The notes beneath the pieces were generated by a model. The model worked only from the letters and a program-made list of their open reading frames with translations. It was not told where the DNA came from and did no database searches. From assembly GCA_002633005.1 (NCBI GenBank), contig NMRA01000563.1, positions 62,001 through 126,000 on the forward strand: a stretch of DNA of 64,000 nucleotides, read 5' to 3'. Source of the DNA: Phoronis australis. Taxonomy: Eukaryota > Animalia > Phoronida. Position 1 is the stretch's first letter, and the number at the start of each line of letters is the position of its first letter. This document shows, piece after piece, positions 54,301 through 64,000 of the stretch. Position numbers and translations under genes: made by a program.

Positions 54301-57300
54301 ACGTCAGCCTCGGTTTTCTCATCAGGAACGCATCTCCAAATTTTAATAACGATCCTTCAAGCAGTTAGGGGGATGGAGAGGGTGATGTCAAAAACGTGTA
54401 CACTCAAAAAAATTTTCAAAATGGCCACTGGGTGATGCAGAACATGTCAAATCCAACTGAAAATGAGAAGATGTCATCGACTCCACAAAAAACACCTACT
54501 TGCAAAATTTCATGATAACAAAATGGCTGATATACATCGAATCTATCTGTCCAAATGCTGTCGCTGTCTATTGTCAACTTCAAATAAATACACTTGGCAA
54601 ATTAAAAAAGATACTGCAGAGGGTTTGGGAGATACAGCCACTGATGAAAAAAAATACCACTAGAAGGCGCCACAGCAGTCAGAGTCGTCTGAAAATCATC
54701 ATCAGCCGTTCTCTTCACAGTAGAAACATAAACGCTCAAAGTCATCCTTAGAGTGTTTAGTTAATAGAGGGGCCGAAACCGAAAGCAGAATAGGAACCAG
54801 TTAAAATGGCCAATAGATGGCGCAAAATATGTCCAATCCAACCGAAAACAGGAACGTGTCATCGAAGCTTTAATAGAAAGCTATTTACCAAATTTCATAA
54901 AAATCCACCAAGGAACTTCAAAGAAACAGAAAGCGTAAAAAATGAAATGGCCACTAGGGGGCACAGCATTTATCAGATCCGTCCAAAAGTTGTCATTGTC
55001 GTTTGATCACTTCACATAAATAAATTTAATAAGGATCCTGCCGAGAGCCATGGGCGCAATAAAAACAAAATACCACTAGGAGGCACCAAAGTAGTCAAAG
55101 TCAACTGAAAATCAATGTCAGCAATCCTCTTCACAGCAGGAACAAATGTGCCAGTTTTTACAATCATCCTTAGAGTGGTTTGGTTGATAAAGGGGCTAAA
55201 AAGCAGAGGGGCCAAAAAACAGTAAAAATGGCCACTAGGAGGCACAAAATACCTCGAATCCATCTGAAAATGAGAAGGTAGCATAATCGAACTAATAGAT
55301 CCCTAATTGCCAAATTTTATGAAAATCAATTGAGGACCTTTGGAAATACAGAGGTTAACGTAATAAGCTAAAATTGCCACTAGGGAGCACAATGGCAGTC
55401 GGATCTCTCCGAAAATTAGCTCATGCCATCCAATCCGTGAAAGGAACATATGAGCAAAATTTCATGAACAAGCACCAAAGGGTTTTGGAGATAGAGCAGC
55501 AGATGCCAGACGAACATGTATGATGGCATGATGGGCCCACGTATAAATGTGGGTGCATCAAAATACAGATCCCTGGTTGTCTTGGAGGTACACTACTCTG
55601 TGTTCAGTACCGTTCTCACAGTGAGTACTAACAACAGAATATGACTTAAATGGCCCAGCAAAAGGCCCGTATCTTGGTCCTGCAATCACTATCAGTGGAC
55701 AAGCAAAATGTCCTATTGGCTATCACAGTCTGTCGGTGATCCGTGTTCGCTCACAGGAAATGAATGCAGAACCAAGATACAGGACTCTTGCTAAGCCACT
55801 TATGTCACCTTCTATTGTCCCAAGGGTGGAGACACATCAAGAGAACAATAAATAACATGGAAATATTGTTCTCCATGACGACTAGGGATCTGCATTTACA
55901 CTGAAGGTAACATCAACAACAGATGTCTTCCCTTTAAAGTGTACGACATTCAAGATACTGGCCTTCAATAAAACTAAGCGTCTAACTTAACTCTTTCACT
56001 GCCAAGCGCACATTTCTTGGCTTCGTTAAATTTCATGGAAGACACAGTACACAGCAAAAGTAATCAGACAAAATACTATTTCCTTACGATCATTCATCAT
56101 TACTCATTATGACATGTCATTCACTTTACTCATGAACTTTCATAAAAATCTGCCATATAATTCTAGAGCATTGATTTTCTTACTGGTTGCACACCAAGTT
56201 CTAGAACATTCTTCATGATTACACACCAAGTTCTAGAACATTCTTCATGATTACACATCAAGTTCTACGCATCCTCGAAATTTATGTTGCAATGGAAAGG
56301 CAGTTCTAAAAAACTTGCCAGACAATGATGTCCAAGCATTAAGTTTTGATAGTTATTTTTGAAATTCAAAATTCAATTTTTTATTTCCTATCCTAAGTAA
56401 CTTAAGGGTTTTACATGTTCGGCAGCCTTGCACAAGCTCGCACAAACATACATACCTGAATAGCTGATTCATACGGACAAGGTAGCCAATCAGAATCCAA
56501 GATTTTCACAAGCAGACTCATGTTATTACACCGATGTTGAAAGCATCGACCCTTCAATTCAACCTGTGCCGGAACCCCTGAGGCACCCTACAGTGAAGAT
56601 TAACAAAGGTATGAAAATGCACGCAGATTGAGTAAGGAGACTGTGAAGTAGACAGACAATAAAACCAACATTAAACTCACTTCGCTTTGTGTTAAAACCT
56701 TATCTTTTGGTGAAACTGATCTCAACTCACCTTAAACCTTACCTATTAAATTGTAGATAATTTCCAGGCTTGGAAACAGTTTGTTATTGTTTGAGAGTAA
56801 GTTGTCTTGACCAGTCAGGTCAGTTTATACACCAAGCATGGTCTCCTGCAGTAATGATCTGTGACTTCCTTCCAAGCCCAGACACTAATTGTTATTTCAG
56901 TAAATAACAAGTCCAGACCAAGTTCACAGCCTTAAGTGGTCTACACTAAAAGGTGGTTTCATTGACACAATGCAGGCTTGTAGCACTTTTTAGCATGTAA
57001 CGAAAAGCCCCCTGTAGGTGACAAAGTAACAAGGACAAACACTGCCCCGCTGTGCTGGTGACGGTGTAATCAAACAAAGAGTACTTCATTTAGTTAGAGC
57101 ACAACACTGAACTGTAGACAAATGGAATTTTATCTTGCAACAGAAAGCAATATAAAACTCACTTCATTCTTAACATAGTTTGCTCTGGACGAATGTCAAG
57201 AAGCAACACTTGATGACATTTTGAGCTAAATAGTCAACCTTCAAATTGTTAGAAATGTGAAGATTGTTGGCAATTAAGTTTGTGTGAAACAACTGAGAAA

Positions 57301-60300
57301 TTCCGTAACATAAATGGTGTTCCTGTGTCATGCACTGCAAAGTAACACTTCCCAGTGCAGTCAGGTGGCAGCATATGTCATTCTTATCATGAGATCAGAA
57401 TACTTTTGCTTCAAAACAAAGTCTGCTAGTAAGTACGTAGGGGCATGGTCAATAACTTTTGTCATTACTGAGACACAAGAGGCAACATAGCTTGGCTTGT
57501 CCAACAGAAATGATGAACATTCTGCGTATTTACATTCCACATACTGCCACAATTCAACACTCTGAATAGCTCCCCAGGAAGTAAAAAAGTAGAAATTACA
57601 TGCAGAAATAAATTTCTTAAAAACGTACATGTTTAGTAAGATTGGCGAGGAAGCACCTGCTAGTCTCATTGAATACTTCTCCGTACAGATGTGATGTACT
57701 GCCTGCATTAACAGCCAAGAAGCATTCGTCCTGAAATGAAAAGCAATTTGCAAATTTCCAACCACTGGCAGAAAAAATTGAAACATGGAAGTTTTAGTTT
57801 TGAAATTTTGAATACTCTAGAATCACAAACAACAAGAATAGACTCTTAAAAGTTATCAGTGCTTTTTCCTAAATTTTCAGTCAACGAAAAAACAGCCTTA
57901 AACTCGCGTTCTGTCCAGGAATTGATATAATAGCATGTTCATAGAATAACATGCTGAGACAAGCCAGTTTGTTAAGTGATCCAATGTGATGGAATGTGGG
58001 TTTATGGTCACTTCAACCAACTAAATTTGGTTTCCATTTCAAACTACTTGTGTAGAATTATTTATAAGACAAGTGTTAACCTCATTGGGGGCAATAACTT
58101 AAAGATGTTATAAAATGAAAATGTTATGACCTTGCTTGGCTGCATATAAATTCACTTTATTGCACCTTAGATTGTTGCTTAGCAACATAACAACATCCCC
58201 CATAAACTCTTGGTTAAGGCATGTTTAGTTACACAGTCCATCTGGAACACTTGTATGACTAAGCAGATGGTTCACAAAGAACTACTTTCACAGACCTTGA
58301 ATGTCAATTTCAAAAGGTCTACTGCGTGTGAAGGACACCCATGATATACAACAGTCCCCCAAATTTTAAGTCACTACGGGGACTAGTTACCCCCTCTAAG
58401 TCATAAATGAAGATGCGTTCCAGTGTGACATCAATATACATTATGAATGCACTGTTTTTATGCAACAAGGTCTAGTGAATCACGGACAGGATTTAACCTG
58501 GCTGTAACTCATCAAATGATGGATGTCCTTACCCCTGGTTTAGCCATGTATATACTACAACCGGCCAAGCTGACATCTGTAGAACATTTGCCTTTGTCTT
58601 GATGAAGGTAATGACACCCTACACCACTGGAAGACAACAATAGATGGCAAGTGTTCACATCTATCCTCACCTGTCAGCACATAAATGAACACATTTCTTC
58701 TTACTGAATATCAGTGACATTACAAAGGATTTTCCTTGCAGGTTCTGCTCTAACATGCTTTGTCTCGCATGCTTTTTCGATATCCTTTCTTTTAACTTAC
58801 ATTCAATCTCACTTCTGTTCATAGCTACGCTCACTCAATATTTCACTTTAACTGTTTTATTAAACTTTAATGGAGACGGCAATCATTTTTAAGGTCACTT
58901 TTGTAGAATTAATTACGATTTTCTAGTTATCCCAAATATATTTTCAGATATATTTTCAAAGTCATTAAATTTCCTCTGCTTCTAATTAAGTATGGAAGCG
59001 TCACGCCAAAAGTAATGTTTGCGACTCGAATCAATCCCCTCCAGCTTTTTGTGCTAAGTTTCATTGTGATCATCTAATGATTGTTTGTATACTATATTCA
59101 AAAACATTAACTGGCTTTAATTAGAATTCTCAGACAATTATAGACCGAACGAGAACTCAGTGGCCTTTAGGGAATATTTAATATACCGTGGGCAGGAATC
59201 ATGTACATGGTGAAATTGTGTTGGTTGTTCATCTTGGATGTTGTGGTGACTGTGATGAAATACACACAGGTGGCACCAACTTTGTGACTTTAAGTCCTAA
59301 TACTGACTGCAACTCATGACACTTCGGATTTCAAAAAAAGCACTTTTAGCAGGTGGTGACAGATCATTGAAGGAAAATGCCACCGGCATGGCACCCTTCT
59401 GCAACGTGTATGTTCATGATGACCAGTTTCATAATCTGATGGAAATGTTTGCCACACGCAATAGTTTTGTACTGCTTTAGCTGTGGCATGAACAGGCAAT
59501 GCTGAGTGAATTTTTTACAAGAACGAGCCAACACCGACAGATCTTGTCGTCCACTGGAAATTGGTGAAGTTGAACTTCTCTATACATCTACAGAGTTCAT
59601 GATGCAAGCCTACAAAGCTGGCTAAACATTATTTGAGCAGCAAACCTTACTTCTGGAGTGACGCATGCGTAATTAATTATAACCCATCAGAATTTAATTA
59701 ACTTGAACATTTACTTGGTACAACCAGAAAATCACAAACCAAAAAACGTTGCCTTCTACTTTAAAGACAACAGTCGACCAGTATCCTCTCAACAGTGGCT
59801 TAAACTACAACAGTGTTAATCATATTTGGTGACAACTGAAAAATAATGTTGACAGGTAAAATATCATTCACATCATTGTGTATCAGTGCTGGGTGATAGG
59901 TGACACTACCCATCACCACTGCTGGACATACAACATTACACAGTTGAACACGGCTACAACACACTTACCTTCCCAGACAAAAGTAGTTATTGCTATGGTG
60001 ACACGTTGTCTTTAGCCCAAACTGGCAGCCAGACCCTGAATTAAAGGACAGCGATTAGATAACATAATCACTGGAAACATAATAAAAACAACAACACCCG
60101 TCCAACAAAACTAAAAAAGACTATAAATAGTTTACACATTCACTCATTACAACATTGAGGCAGCTTTTCTCCATAGTCCCTTAAACTGAATTCACAATCA
60201 GGATTTTATGGACGTTAAAAGACTGATACAAAATTGGTAGAGACCAACTCTGTGTGTGACTAATACAAATTTCGCACAACTTAAGGCGTAAAAGATGGTC

Positions 60301-63109
60301 CATGACTTCAGCCTACATATTTTTGCCTATATTAGATTTTCTACTTCAATATAACCTGTGATGGAACAGAACTCCATACGTTCAAATATCAAAACCTCAA
60401 AAATTTGGTTAAATAGTTAACCTATGAAATGTAAACTGGCTAAGAATCAATGGACATGTTGTTTGTTGGCATCATCATGAGCAAGAACATTGAAATTTCA
60501 CTTGCTGCATCACACGCTATTTTGTGACACGTATGCAGATATTTTTGGAATCTTAAACGGAACCATTCCTGATGTTCTGAGAAGAAAATACTTGTAAAGA
60601 AATAAAAGTACTATATAGTTGAAAATAAAACCTCAAATTTCTTCCTAATTATGTTTGTAAGCAACAGTGAGTTGACCAAATCAAGGTGGGTATTAAGTCT
60701 CACCTTTGCCCCACAGGTAACTGTCAGCATGACTGTAATCGACACGGTACCAGCCCATGTCATCAAACAGTGCCAGCGTCATGTTGTCAATGGCGGTCAG
60801 ATGTGGCTGAAAACATGCATCTCAATCAATGTTGGTACTATCATTCACACCAAGGGATAGAGAGTAGTAATAATCAACTAAAACAACTATTGAGAATGGC
60901 TGAAATCTCCCACAATATTACCGAGGACGAGTATAATTTCCTTTGATGGTTCTTTCCCACTAATGTTGACATGATGGTATTTAGGGGAGCGGTGGCCAAT
61001 GGGAATGTTTAAATTCAGCTTTGTATTGAAGTTAAAAGTGCAAGTTTACTGCAAGGTGGATTTAACAACACATCGCTACAGTGGGAATGCTTTACATCCG
61101 TGTCATCAAAATTATTGGCAGAATGTAGTCAACAACAACACAAGTTTGTTTGTTAAGTATTGGTTTTTTTACCATTTCATTTCTGAACCTTGACTATGCC
61201 GCTCCCTAAATCATATCTACAGCAGTGATGCATTTCATGTTTCTTCCACGAAAGAAGTTTTCAAATCTTTCACCACACACACAAACCAAGGGACAAGAAA
61301 AAAATTTAACTACGAAAAACTCTTCTAACTAACTGGTGAAATAGTAATACATCATTATTGTAGTCACATTTTACTGCACCACTAAAGACAAGAAATAAAG
61401 GTATACCCACACCTCATACCATTCTCACCTGTATATGTTTTCAGGAGCTTACCTGCTTAATAGAGGGTGCCATAACAGACCCCTGCATGAAGGCTTCATC
61501 CCAATGTGAGCCTGTGACACCACCCTGAAAGGCAACAAACAATCCCGTCTTGAAAATATGCTGTAATAGCAAGTAAACAAAAATGATACCACAAAAGTAT
61601 TTTCATCTCTAAATGGCATTCCATTACTCATCCAGGCACCTCAAATACTAACAGGACACAATATTAAAATTTTGGAAGTCCCACGCAGTGCTTTATTTGT
61701 AATTTTGCAGCAAACATAACTATCTTCAAAGCGCTACATCAAAATACCGGTACATCGCAATGAGGTGTATGTGACAACATGGTGACTGACTTTTAGAGAC
61801 CCCAACAACATCCTAATCAACTTTCAGTGAGAACATAAATATGTAACAAGTCTAAAGAATTTGCAGTAATTCATAATATTTTCAATCACAGATACTTGAA
61901 AACATGCTCAAACATCCAAAATTTCAGTTGCTTGACAGTAATGTTCAAACAACCTGTTTTGAAATATGTTCTATGTGAGACAGTGATGCAAAAAACACCA
62001 ACATCAATGCCATATATCTAGTGACCCCAGGTGGCAGCACAAGGTACTACTTACGCGTGTATCCAAGACAACGCCAAATGACTGTGACAGCAGTGAGCAA
62101 TCAAAATGGCGACCAGCGGCGTCAGAGATTGCAGGTGTCGCTATCCTCTGTACACCTAATACTGTTTCAATGACCCTTGATCTCCGTGAACAACTGAGTG
62201 TCTCATTGACAATCTTGCACTGCTGATAACTGTTGTACAATGCCTTGGTGAATCCAAGACTGTGAATAAACTCGTGAATAGCTGTCTGTTGGCAAAAAAA
62301 ATCTTGGTAGTACAATTGCCTGTTGTATGCATCACAGGTATGACAGTGCCTATGTCATTAAAACAACCACAACTAACCGTGAAATGCGAGGATTTAATTG
62401 AGTGATTAACAGAAAAATGTAGAACATAAATGAAAAACGATAAAATCGTTACCTAAAAGTAAACATGACCAATATATTCATATCATCAATATCATCTTTT
62501 TACTCCCTTCATTATGGTTGTCATAGTAACACCAGTGTCTTAAAACACTGTCAATTGTTGAATGCAATTGTACAGGAAAGAAAAAGGTATCTTGCTTTCT
62601 GCATTTCACTTTCTCACCTTGCATTCACCATTATCTGGAAAAACGCTTACTGCATTTCTCAAGTATGTTTTAATCACATGTTACAGTAGTCGCCCAGCAA
62701 AATATAAAATGAATCCAAACAAATGTAAAACTAAAGATAGCAGTAACAAGTTTCTGTTTAATGGAAGCCCTGCCTTGTAATCTTTTCTTTTCTTTAACAG
62801 TGTTACTTCAGACAATCTATATATCTGTATAAGAGTTTGACATTTAAAAACTCTGCTAGACACCAATACATTTGTTAAAATAGTTGTAACTTATTTCAGC
62901 TAATGATAAAAAAGAGAACTCAGTTTGAAATACATCAAATCAGTGACAAAATGTGGGTGCAGGTAGAGAAGGGAACATACCAGATAGATTTTATGCCTGC
63001 TGGTGTCTGATTTCTGAAGTGTGAATGGACAGAAATTGATGAAGGCCGCTATTGGTCGATCGTGCTGATCTTGTTGACAATACCGAGCATAGGCTAAAAC
63101 TGCATCACC
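45304..63109 (-). CDS. CIROP: Leishmanolysin/invadolysin-family (M8) zinc metallopeptidase, CIROP/LMLN2-like, 3' partial; followed by S/T-rich stalk, SEA-like domain, TM helix and cytoplasmic tail
   Basis: Minus-strand exons 63109-62981, 62285-62055, 61524-61453, 60806-60704, 60035-59969, 58626-58533, 57730-57629, 56587-56456, 50511-50352, 50195-49944, 47537-47429 and 45769-45304(TAG) are phase-compatible. Motifs: LAYARYCQQDQHDRPIAAFINFCP, HEFIHSLGF (HExxH), third ligand SHW and Met-turn SVMAP, PHLTAIDNMTLALFDDMGWYRVDY..YLWGKGSGC, GCHYLHQDKGKC, SRCFLANL, WLPCP. The M8 family call is secure; the CIROP subtype is from recalled similarity. Confidence 0.88.
46000..47012 (-). mobile_element. Degenerate reverse-orientation HINE copy
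   Basis: Head reverse complement CCACATAAATATATGTGGCCGCATAAAA near 46985-47012; internal AATTTTCATGA and CACTAG-type motifs. The left boundary is approximate. Confidence 0.55.
47204..47420 (+). repeat. 21-bp minisatellite x10
   Basis: Unit ACTACAAYCATGGTGGTTATG; begins 8 nt inside the intron after the minus-strand donor at 47428. Confidence 0.97.
48291..49738 (-). mobile_element. Reverse-orientation HINE copy with an internal 51-bp tandem amplification
   Basis: ACAAGAGCAACAGCAAGCGTTGAAAT at the left (element 3' end), ATATGTGGGCGCATAAAA at the right (element 5' end), repeated GCCACTAGG/GCCACTAGA units. Confidence 0.8.
49427..49686 (+). repeat. 51-bp tandem repeat x5 inside a HINE
   Basis: Unit TCAGCCCCATAGGAACACACCTGCCTMATTTCAATAAGGGGTTTAGGAGAT. 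Confidence 0.96.
50764..52718. mobile_element. Non-autonomous TTAA-targeting DNA transposon, Kolobok-type termini (~1.95 kb)
   Basis: TTAA|GGTAGGTGGATACAC ... GTGTATACACCTACC|TTAA (14/15 TIR match, GG..CC ends); internal inverted GGGCGGAGCTTA near 50964 and TAAGCTCCGCCC near 51972. Confidence 0.8.
53479..55563 (-). mobile_element. Longest reverse-orientation HINE copy (about 2.1 kb, expanded ~150-bp central repeats)
   Basis: Left AAGAGCAACGCGGAGCATTGAAATGCGTCCAC; right GGGCCCACGTATAAATGTGGGTGCATCAAAA; many GCCACTAG units. Accounts for the ORFs at 53743-55284. Confidence 0.8.
55561..55897. mobile_element. Fold-back MITE-like element abutting the HINE end
   Basis: Terminal CAGATCCCTGGTTGTCTTGGAG vs CTCCATGACGACTAGGGATCTG (19/22 inverted match), plus an inner ~55-bp imperfect inverted arm at about 55631-55688 and 55762-55818. 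Confidence 0.65.
56190..56267 (+). repeat. ~32-bp tandem repeat x2.4
   Basis: ACACCAAGTTCTAGAACATTCTTCATGATTAC repeated. Confidence 0.85.
60979..61211. mobile_element. Small MITE-like element (~230 bp)
   Basis: Inverted ends ATTTAGGGGAGCGG ... CCGCTCCCTAAAT. Confidence 0.5.
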
Positions 63110-64000
63110 CTGACAGAAAAGTTTACATAACTCAAGCTCACATGGTTGTAAACAATTAGAAAGCAAGCAACAAAACAACTCATGAAACACCCAAATTTAG
63201 GCATGAGATATAAATGTAAAAAAATAATTCTTTAGAATTTCGTTTAGAAATACACTTACTAAACACTAAAATAATGTTTGGCACTTCAACATCAAAATTC
63301 ACATTAAAAATTGCGATTCAAAACTACTCATTTACAATTCATTACCTAAAGTGTAAACTGACAAATTGAGTTGAGTAACCTTAAGCGCTTCACAAAGGTA
63401 ACAAGGTCAACACTTAAGTTTACACCCAAGAAACCATTTTCTGTCAAAATTTTTGGTGACCACTGACGGTACATTACATAAAATAATACCCAGAATTTCG
63501 TGGCTACATGACTTTGCTGAAAACTGACTCAGACATGAAAATTTTTGGCAGAGAGTTGAAAATTCTTACTTTTATTGTTACAAGAACTGGGGAGAAAAAA
63601 ATTAGACTTAAACATCAGGGCTTGGAATGACCAATGACAAAAAACGCGGAAACTTTGAAACTTTTACGGCCCAAATCATGCCCGATAACCACCATTGAAT
63701 GATCAATGTGAACCTTTCCCCGATAAAAATCGGGAGGACTAAAAAAAGAAAAAAAAAATGTTACCACCATCAGTAGCATGCGTCTGCGTCCTTTTAGCTC
63801 GCCCGTCCACTCCCAACCCACACATTTTTGGCTGCAGAGCGGTAGTATTTGTCGCCGCGCTTAACAATAACACGAGACGCCATTGAACATCCCACCACGC
63901 TGTCCCAGATGCCCCGGCAATGTTGACAATTTACGTTCCTCCGAAACATAAAGAGCAACTTCCGCTTTTCCGAGGTGAACGTCGTCTGCAACGCCGCGGT

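Noticed and set aside
63770-64000. CpG-rich stretch at the window end as a promoter or first exon
   Set aside because: Truncated by the window edge. The protease still lacks its N-terminal exons, so this is more likely intronic or transposon sequence; undecidable here.

Overview
This is eukaryotic animal genomic DNA: AT-rich, with GT-AG introns and invertebrate-type repeats. A lophotrochozoan source is plausible but cannot be shown from the sequence. Manual splicing gives three genes. (1) The 3' half (CNH domain, 11 exons) of a MAP4K3/MAP4K5 (happyhour-type) kinase on + at 249-18346. (2) A complete 9-exon CDKL1/CDKL4-type kinase on + at 23765-39507. (3) The 3' 11 exons of a convergent leishmanolysin-family (M8) zinc metallopeptidase of the CIROP/LMLN2 type on - at 63109-45304, with an S/T stalk, a SEA-like domain, a TM helix and a cytoplasmic tail. 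The introns hold six copies of one Helentron-associated (HINE/DINE-1-like) element, several TIR elements and about a dozen minisatellites. Most ORFs in the supplied track are spurious. I see no clear-cut novel multi-gene system. The best leads are: minisatellites that multiply real splice donors or acceptors; a cluster of frame-preserving candidate microexons with TGCATG motifs in one MAP4K intron; a uORF whose stop abuts the CDKL start codon; the SEA-containing CIROP-like architecture; and MAP4K-CDKL microsynteny shared with vertebrates.
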